Positions 26,088 to 32,000 of a stretch of DNA of 32,000 bases are shown in pieces. A program made the translations under genes and the position numbers. Location of the stretch: assembly GCF_036323395.1 (NCBI RefSeq), contig NZ_AP028907.1, positions 450,001 through 482,000 of the forward strand. The letters are read 5' to 3'. The first letter of the stretch is position 1; every line of letters starts with the position of its first letter. Origin of the DNA: Pyrodictium abyssi. Lineage in GTDB: Archaea; Thermoproteota; Thermoprotei_A; Sulfolobales; Pyrodictiaceae. The notes beneath the pieces are model-generated. The model was not told the DNA's origin and did not search any database. It saw only the letters and a program-made list of their open reading frames with translations.

Positions 26088-26098
26088 GGGGGGGGGGG
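26088..26098. repeat. Homopolymeric G tract (11 G)
   Basis: tgccgccGGGGGGGGGGGta in the printed sequence. Confidence 0.9.
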
Positions 26099-26148
26099 TA
26101 CTTTATGTATTTCGTATTCCGCTCTCCCCGCAGTACGAGAGAGCCGGC

Positions 26149-27246
26149 CTAGCCCCCGACTGTGTCATGGCCTCCAAGGTGCTCGTTGAGCTGCTCCACG
26201 TATTTGAAGCCGTTGTCGGGGAAGACGAGGACGTAGTCGCCGTCCTCCAGCTCCCCGCTGTCCAGCAGCCTCGTGAAGGCTGCGGCGACGGCTCCGCTGC
26301 TCATGCCGGGGAGTATGCCGTCCCGGCGGGCCACTGTCAGCAGCGCCTCTATCGCCTCGCGCCGGGTCACCTCTACCACGCGGTCGGGCTTGACCCAGTG
26401 TATCCACTTCATCCCGGTCTCTATCCTGCGTATGCCGGGTATGACCTCGCCCCGGGCGGGCTGCACTGTGTAGATCTTCACGCCGCCCACCCTGTTGCGG
26501 AAGTAGAATGTTATCGCGGCCATGTGGCCTGAGGTGCCGATGCCCCCGATTATGCCCCGAGGCTTTATACCGGCGTGGCGTAGCTGTAGCTCGAGCTCCT
26601 TGGCCATGTAGCGGAGGTGTACCAGGAAGTTGGCGTCGTTGCTGAACTGGTCTATGTGGAGTGCCCCGTCCCGGGCAGCATCCCTCTTCACGTCCTCTAG
26701 CAGCTCGACGGTGAGCTGCTTCCCGGCCCGGACAACCTCGGCACCCAGGGCCCGTAGCAGGGTATCGCTCGCCCGCTGTATGACCCGGGGGATGTAGAGC
26801 CTAGCCCGGAACCCGTATATAGCGGCCATAGCGGCGAGCGCCATGCCCGTATTGGTCGAGGTCGCCTCGTAGACTAGGCTACCCTGCCAGCCGTTCTCCA
26901 GCGCCCGGCGGACCATGTACCAGCCTACGCGGTCCTTGACGCTCATACTGTAGGGGTTGTACCACTCGAGCTTAGCCCAGGCCCTCACCCCGCCGCTGAA
27001 GAGGCTACGCAGCATGACAAGGGGCGTAGGCCAGCCGCGGTAGAGAAGCTCCAGCGTGTCCCGGAAAACCCTCATCGGCGAGGGGTCTATGTCCTCGTAG
27101 AACCCCATATCCTCGAGGCTAGCCTCCACGGGCACGGGGTTCTCCTGCGACACGGGTACACGGCGGACGCCGAGTAGCCGGAGAGCCCAGACTAGGCGGC
27201 GCGCCTCCTCGCCCACTACTCTAACGGATCCGTGTACTGGTATCAC
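26149..27246 (-). CDS. cysO: O-phosphoserine sulfhydrylase (archaeal cysteine synthase, PLP type)
   Basis: RAWAKLEWYNPYSMSVKDRVG, QFSNDANFLVHL, GGIGTSGHMAAITFYF, VQPARGEVIPGIRRIETGMKWI; strongly resembles the Aeropyrum OPSS sequence from memory. Confidence 0.88.
   Translation of the reverse strand: MIPVHGSVRVVGEEARRLVWALRLLGVRRVPVSQENPVPVEASLEDMGFYEDIDPSPMRVFRDTLELLYRGWPTPLVMLRSLFSGGVRAWAKLEWYNPYSMSVKDRVGWYMVRRALENGWQGSLVYEATSTNTGMALAAMAAIYGFRARLYIPRVIQRASDTLLRALGAEVVRAGKQLTVELLEDVKRDAARDGALHIDQFSNDANFLVHLRYMAKELELQLRHAGIKPRGIIGGIGTSGHMAAITFYFRNRVGGVKIYTVQPARGEVIPGIRRIETGMKWIHWVKPDRVVEVTRREAIEALLTVARRDGILPGMSSGAVAAAFTRLLDSGELEDGDYVLVFPDNGFKYVEQLNEHLGGHDTVGG
26179..26236. repeat. 58-bp segment identical to 13593..13650 (direct orientation)
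   Basis: gtgctcgttgagctgctccacgtatttgaagccgttgtcggggaagacgaggacgtag at both places. Confidence 0.93.
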
Positions 27247-27330
27247 TCCTCGATCCCCCGCTGCGGAGGAGAGCAGCTAGCAGGTCTAGCAGCTCCTCGA
27301 GCCCTGGAGCCTCTCCGGCATCAAGCTCCT

Positions 27331-27836
27331 CTATGGGCATGAGTGTATAGCCAGCCAACCCGGTGCACACCACCACTGCTCATGCGTGTACAGGGTCTCG
27401 GGATGGGGGTGTGGGCGCCCCTCCACACTCGGGTCTAGGGTAGATCCTCGAGAGGCGTATCTGCCCGGGGGCTCGAAGCAGACCCGGTGGCGGCTAGTCC
27501 TGGGCGGTAGGAGCTTGCCCTCGAGCCCAGCTCTAAGCACTGTAGCCTTGTCAACGTGTAGCCCGGGCCTCCACGAGCCGGCCTCTACGCACGGCGGGCT
27601 GTAGTCGACTAGTACTGCTGGTACACGGCGGGCGCCGAGGCGGCAGAGCGCCGACACCCGGTGGTGCCGTCGAGTATGACTAGTGTCTTCGTGTCTACCA
27701 GTACTGGGCGCTCTACCCGGCCTCTACGCCGTATATCCTCTACCAGCTTCTCAACCCTCTGCGGCTCAACTATCTCGTGGGCGCGTAGACGCTCTAGAGG
27801 GACTAGTGCCACCCTGTAGAGCCTGGCTACGCTCAT
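27331..27836 (-). pseudogene. serK: ParB/Srx-fold free serine kinase (SerK-like), interrupted by a -1 frameshift
   Basis: ORF 27609..27836 gives LRAHEIVEPQRVEKLVEDIRRRGRVERPVLVDTKTLVILDG, and ORF 27331..27657 resumes SALCRLGARRVPAVLVDY...KATVLRAGLEGKLLPPRTSRH. Inserting one C restores DGHHR. Adjacent to cysO. Confidence 0.78.
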
Positions 27837-27863
27837 GCCTGCTAGCGCCTTGCACCCCAGCCG

Positions 27864-27882
27864 CCTATAACACTGTTATAGG
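27864..27882. promoter_or_regulatory. Perfect 19-bp palindrome, candidate operator of serK-cysO
   Basis: CCTATAACA-C-TGTTATAGG, 9-bp arms with 1-nt centre, 27 bp upstream of the serK ATG and directly downstream of a TATA-like TAATTAAG (27890-27883, minus). Confidence 0.6.
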
Positions 27883-28022
27883 CTTAATTAGTGTTTCTCT
27901 CACTGATTACGAACCTAACGATAATATAGAGACTAACCCTCCCGGCCGGAGGCTAGGCACCCAGCGGCAGAGAGTGGCTCCCGCTAGCTCACCCGCCCAG
28001 AAGGTAACGCGCCCTGCAGGCG

Positions 28023-28337
28023 CTAGCCCGAGGCGCGCTGTATAAGCCGCTTAACCGGCTCCGGGTCCCCCTTCTCAAGCGCGGTGATAGCATTGAGGAC
28101 CTCGGGCGCGGACCGGGAGAACGCGAGCAACACGCTACGGAGGATGACGCGGGCCTTACGGGGGTCCCGCTGGTAGGAGAGGAGGACCCTGTAGGCGGCC
28201 AGGGGGTCGCGCACCAGGAGGGTGGCAAAGTCCACACGGTACGCGGCGAACGCCCTGTTATCAAGCACAGCGAGGGCACCCATAGCGACGGAGCGTAGCC
28301 GCTCACGGACAAGCTGTACCGCTCGGCCGCTCGGCAT
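28023..28337 (-). CDS. Conserved-looking small hypothetical helical protein
   Basis: 104-aa ORF ALAVLDNRAFAAYRVDFATLLVRDPLAAYRVLLSYQRDPRKARVILRSVLLAF; same strand as serK-cysO, no competing ORF. Confidence 0.5.
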   Translation of the reverse strand: MPSGRAVQLVRERLRSVAMGALAVLDNRAFAAYRVDFATLLVRDPLAAYRVLLSYQRDPRKARVILRSVLLAFSRSAPEVLNAITALEKGDPEPVKRLIQRASG

Positions 28338-28543
28338 AAGCGTTCGGCCCCTCTACCATAATGTCTACGTCTACTATGATGCAGGCTCAGCCTACGCCGC
28401 TGGATGGTCTAGCACGAGCCAATTTAATAACAGCACGCAACAGCCCCGGCCCCTAGGGCTAACGACGGCCAGAGGCCCTCTCGTTGTCCCTCCCCGTCTA
28501 TGGCTGTGTGTAGTGGTGTAGTGGGCGGGCTTCCTGCGTGCCC

Positions 28544-30091
28544 CTAGCCTATGCAGTGCAGTTCTGCGAGCTTCTGTGTATTCACCGACATGTTAAAGTG
28601 TAGGTGTGCTAGCTGGTGGTAGACCTCCACAGCCAGGTCTAGTGTGAGCCCCTTGAACCTCTCCGCGGCGAGGTCTGATAGCCTGCAGGGGCTCGTCTCC
28701 ATGTACATGCCCATATCGAACATAGGCGCCAGGGCAAGCTCCGACATGGCTGAGCGTACTGGGAACGAGTAGATGTAGAACCCTGTTATCCCGTTCCTCT
28801 TGTTGCGCAGCAGCGTGTTGTACAGGTTGTAGGTCAGGTCCTTTGCCTCCACCATGGACTCGAGGATCTCGAGGCCCTCGAATATCGTTATCTCCGGCCT
28901 TATCTTCTGCATAGCCAGGTACATTATATCGTTGAGCTCGTTAACTGTGTACACGCTCGGGTTGAGCGACATCACGTGTAGCTGCTGGAGCCTCTTAATG
29001 GCTTCAACATCTTGCTCGGCGCCGGTGCCTAGTATGCAGCGCGCCATGTTTGATATAGCCTGGGGGCTCGACTTGAAGCTTATGACCAACACATCAGCCG
29101 GCGTGCCCATGATGAAGGAGGTCGCGAGCATCGAGGCGACGAGCCTGCTGTTTACAGTAGTCGAGAGGCCTATGAGCACCTGAGCGCCCCGCGGCACGGA
29201 GAGGACGCGGCAGAGCATGCCTAGAGCCTCGCGGGCCTCCTGCATCGAGCCGGGCACGCTGATGCGCACGATGTTCTTGCCGTCTACGCGTAGCGCGCCC
29301 AGCAGCTCGCAGAGGTTGTAGGTCTTAGTGACGTCGAATGGTGGTACCTCCTCGGGCTCCTCTGGCAGGCTTATCTCTATGACGACGCCGGGCCTCATGT
29401 AGAAGGGTAGCTCGGCCTGGTGTATGGGGGCCCAGCGGGCCTTACGCAGCTCTAGTATGCGCTGAAGCTTGCCCTGCTCTATCTGGAACCTGAGGATAAA
29501 CACCGCGTCTACTATGAACTCCTCGATGCCGTATCCTACCACGCGGGCCCCGTAGGGGTGCTCCGCTATGAGTATCGAGGTGACGCCGAGGGGCTTGAGC
29601 CCGTTAACGAAGAAGTTCTGCAGCAGCTCGCGTATCTTGGCCTTGTCTCGGACTATCTGGAGCATAGCCGTTATACTGTCTATTACTATCCTCTTGGCTT
29701 TGACCTCTTCTACGAGTTTTAGAACCTCCTCTAGCTGTGATATGAGGGCCTCCTCGTCTACGATTGTTAGTGCTTCTACGTAGTGGAATAGTCCCTTCTC
29801 TTCGAGGCTTTCGAAGTCCATGCCGAGCATGGCCATGTGGCTGAGGAAGTCCTGGCGGGGCTCGACGAAGTTGAGGTACACCCCGGGCTCGCCGAGGCGC
29901 CGCGCACCCTCGTAGAGGAACTTCGCCGCGAAAGTAGACTTACCAGTACCAGGGTTCCCAGCGAGAAGCACAACAGCCCCACGAGGAACACCGCCGTTGA
30001 GGAGCCTGTCGAGGCCTGGTATGCCTGAGGGCACAATCTCTATACGTTGGGTGGAGACGCCGAGGTCTTGCATCAGATCCCTGGTTTTCAT
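28544..30091 (-). CDS. KaiC-like two-domain ATPase; second domain lacks a Walker A motif
   Basis: VPSGIPGLDRLLNGGVPRGAVVLLAGNPGTGKSTFAAKFLYEGARR; KRIVIDSITAMLQIV; ELRKARWAPIHQAELPF. Confidence 0.88.
   Translation of the reverse strand: MKTRDLMQDLGVSTQRIEIVPSGIPGLDRLLNGGVPRGAVVLLAGNPGTGKSTFAAKFLYEGARRLGEPGVYLNFVEPRQDFLSHMAMLGMDFESLEEKGLFHYVEALTIVDEEALISQLEEVLKLVEEVKAKRIVIDSITAMLQIVRDKAKIRELLQNFFVNGLKPLGVTSILIAEHPYGARVVGYGIEEFIVDAVFILRFQIEQGKLQRILELRKARWAPIHQAELPFYMRPGVVIEISLPEEPEEVPPFDVTKTYNLCELLGALRVDGKNIVRISVPGSMQEAREALGMLCRVLSVPRGAQVLIGLSTTVNSRLVASMLATSFIMGTPADVLVISFKSSPQAISNMARCILGTGAEQDVEAIKRLQQLHVMSLNPSVYTVNELNDIMYLAMQKIRPEITIFEGLEILESMVEAKDLTYNLYNTLLRNKRNGITGFYIYSFPVRSAMSELALAPMFDMGMYMETSPCRLSDLAAERFKGLTLDLAVEVYHQLAHLHFNMSVNTQKLAELHCIG
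29505..29629 (-). repeat. Second inverted-repeat block, right arm (partner 24335..24459)
   Basis: 124/125 identical in reverse complement. Confidence 0.88.
29748..29996 (-). repeat. Perfect 249-bp inverted repeat, right arm (partner 23968..24216)
   Basis: See left arm. Confidence 0.92.
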
Positions 30092-30346
30092 GGCTTTATC
30101 CCTCGCCTCATTATGTATTCACCCCGGTCGCCCCTAGCACCCGCGTAGTAGGGTACACAACTCTTGGGCGTTCTAAATCTTAGACAGTTGCACGCGCTCC
30201 TGGCCTCTGGAGGGCCAGGCTCTAGGGTGAAGCCGTGATAGTCTTGTTGGCCTCTGCGCGTGCTATGGCCTCATAGATAGCTTAGGCCGGCTGCTAGGAT
30301 ATATCTCCTTCTTTCTCTATTGCTCGCTGCTGCTGTGGGTTGAAGG

Positions 30347-31237
30347 CTAGCTGACTACAGCTGGCGAGGCCAGGTAGGCCAGTATACTAGCTATTGTAAG
30401 CGTTATTATGTACTTGGAGGCCATCAGTGTGTATCCGTGGACAACCCTGGCTATCACAATAGCTGAGGCTACCACTATCACGAGAAGGGAGTAGAAGTAG
30501 AGGCCTCCAAGCAGGTCCGGGTCTATCGCTGCGCCGAAGAGCCCGCCCCCAGCTACCCCTGCTACGAGCGCCTGGACAATGCCAGCAGCCACGGCGTACG
30601 TTAGCGAAGCCAGGGATACGACAAAGCTGTACTCCGATAGGCGGGACTGCGTGAGCTTCATCAGGCGGCGGCTCTCCCGGGAGTAAACCGCCGCGGAGGA
30701 GAGCACCTCGTGCACCATGCCGCCGCTCAGCGACGCGGCGACTATGCTGCGGGCTAGTAGCCTCACGCGGGGCGGGGCTCTCTTGAAGGCCTCCTCGAAG
30801 GCCTTCTCGAGGTCCCCGGTGGCGCGGTAGATGTGGGCCATGCGCTCCACGTAGGTGCCTAGCGGCGGTTTAATCATCTTCGCGGCCCTCAGCAGCGCCT
30901 CAGCCGTGGAGCCGCTTGACGCGGTCAGCCCAGCGTAGGTGGAGAGCAGCTCTGCTAGCTGCTCGTCGAAGATGTCCATGACCCTTACGAAGCGCCTAGC
31001 GTAGAGGTATACGGGTAGCGAGGCCGCCGCGAGGACCCCTGCTATGAGTATCATTGTCCCCTTGTCTGTGACCACTGGTATGAAGTGGAAGAGCTGCACC
31101 CGGTACCGGGGCGTAATCCAGTCGATGCCTAGTACAGTGGCCAGCTTGGGGGCTAGCAGCGGGTAGCCGGTTATCCAGGCTATGGCCAGCCCCACCGCGG
31201 CAGCGAGCACGAGGACTCTGGCTATGGCCCCGGTCAC
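30347..31237 (-). CDS. GspF/TadC-like type IV filament platform protein
   Basis: Polytopic; FDEQLAELLSTYAGLTASSGSTAEALLRAAKMIKPPLGTYVERMAHIYRATGDLEKAFEEAFKRAP (T2SSF-like domain); clustered with a second such gene. Confidence 0.7.
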   Translation of the reverse strand: MTGAIARVLVLAAAVGLAIAWITGYPLLAPKLATVLGIDWITPRYRVQLFHFIPVVTDKGTMILIAGVLAAASLPVYLYARRFVRVMDIFDEQLAELLSTYAGLTASSGSTAEALLRAAKMIKPPLGTYVERMAHIYRATGDLEKAFEEAFKRAPPRVRLLARSIVAASLSGGMVHEVLSSAAVYSRESRRLMKLTQSRLSEYSFVVSLASLTYAVAAGIVQALVAGVAGGGLFGAAIDPDLLGGLYFYSLLVIVVASAIVIARVVHGYTLMASKYIITLTIASILAYLASPAVVS

Positions 31238-31256
31238 GGCGGCAGCGCCTCCCCTC

Positions 31257-32000
31257 CTAGATCCTTATCCTGGACACCATGGAGTCTACTATCACTATGA
31301 CGGTGGCGCTGAGCATTGGTATCACTATGAACGTGGAGAGGAACAGTATAGTATCTATGCTCAGCCCGGGCATCATCGGGGCGCCCTGGAAGCTGATGGC
31401 CAGGAGGAGGCCGACAACGCCTATAGCCACGGGGAGCATGACGCACGCTGCGACGAATATCTCTAGTATCGCGCCTAGGCTGTTCGAGAGCTTCTCTATC
31501 TCGACCTCGAGAGTGTAGAGGTACTCAGTTATAGAGGCCGTGATTATCTCGCGGACCCCGGTGCCCGTCCTTGCGGCGGCTGCTAGGCCCGCGAAGAGCC
31601 CCCGGAGGCTAGGAACGGGGGTGATGCGCGCCGCCTCCTCTAGGACCGTCTCTACGGGTATGCCGGCCTTTATCCCGGAGACAATGTACTCCATCTCGAG
31701 GAGGAACTCCTTCAGCTCCCTGGCATCCTTCTCGTAGAGCATGATGAAGGCCTCTGAGAGCCCAGCCCCCGCCAGGAGCTTGGTGGCAAGCGCCTCCGCG
31801 AAGAGCAAGAAGCGTGGCTCCAGCTTACCGCCCCGGCTCTTGTATGCGAGCATCGGGAGGGATATGTAGAGGGCCAGCATCAGCGTGAACGCGGTGACCG
31901 CGGCTCCTACGGCTACAGCTACCGCGACGGGCAGGGGTAAGCCGAGGCCAACGTGCATCATTATGAAGGCGGTTACGGCTATAGATGATACGACGATAAC
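31257..32000 (-). CDS. GspF/TadB-like type IV filament platform protein, partial (continues beyond window)
   Basis: RFLLFAEALATKLLAGAGLSEAFIMLYEKDARELKEFLLEMEYIVSGIKAGIPVETVLEEAAR; frame remains open and hydrophobic to base 32000. Confidence 0.72.
   Translation of the reverse strand, partial: VIVVSSIAVTAFIMMHVGLGLPLPVAVAVAVGAAVTAFTLMLALYISLPMLAYKSRGGKLEPRFLLFAEALATKLLAGAGLSEAFIMLYEKDARELKEFLLEMEYIVSGIKAGIPVETVLEEAARITPVPSLRGLFAGLAAAARTGTGVREIITASITEYLYTLEVEIEKLSNSLGAILEIFVAACVMLPVAIGVVGLLLAISFQGAPMMPGLSIDTILFLSTFIVIPMLSATVIVIVDSMVSRIRI

Noticed and set aside
26088-26098. G11 tract as a phase-variation switch
   Set aside because: It lies downstream of cysO and outside any supported ORF or core promoter; more likely neutral or a sequencing-difficult tract. 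Length should still be checked in reads.
25996-26532. 178-aa plus ORF, and its relative at 13593..14066
   Set aside because: They share MLVELLHVFEAVVGEDEDV only because both are antisense to the cysO tail repeat.
1-32000. CRISPR array or insertion sequence
   Set aside because: No regularly spaced short repeats and no transposase/TnpB-like protein found. The long repeats present are intragenic paralogous tracts.

Overview
GC-rich archaeal window. Gene content (crenarchaeal-style arl gene order, O-phosphoserine sulfhydrylase, KaiC-like ATPases) points to a hyperthermophilic crenarchaeon, Desulfurococcales/Pyrodictiaceae-like; this is inference only. Main content: (i) an archaellum cluster on the minus strand in the order arlB - small TM ORF - X-like - G - F - H - I - J (23386 down to 16626), followed by a large Ig/CARDB-like exported protein coupled to a membrane-anchored winged-helix protein; (ii) a second type IV filament locus with GspF/TadB-TadC-like membrane genes at the right edge; (iii) three KaiC-like ATPase copies: a frameshifted pseudogene (270-1723), an intact copy on + (23924-25399) and an intact copy on - (28544-30091). 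The two intact copies share a 249-bp stretch that is 100% identical in inverted orientation, plus a second 125-bp block with one mismatch; (iv) sulfur/cysteine metabolism: serK-like gene (with a -1 frameshift in its DGHHR motif) next to cysO, a SufS-type cysteine desulfurase, two TusA-like proteins, an orphan cysO C-terminal tail ORF upstream of sufS, and a perfect 19-bp palindrome in the serK promoter; (v) hemA, a CruF/bacterioruberin-hydratase-like membrane protein, a Bat-type HTH regulator with a Cys cluster, a PIN toxin/antitoxin pair and an archaeal ATPase. The most interesting candidate is the inverted KaiC pair. Recombination between the perfect repeats would invert about 5.5 kb and swap the C-terminal modules of two signalling-type ATPases that sit next to two different filament loci. 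No CRISPR array, rRNA, convincing tRNA or transposase was seen.
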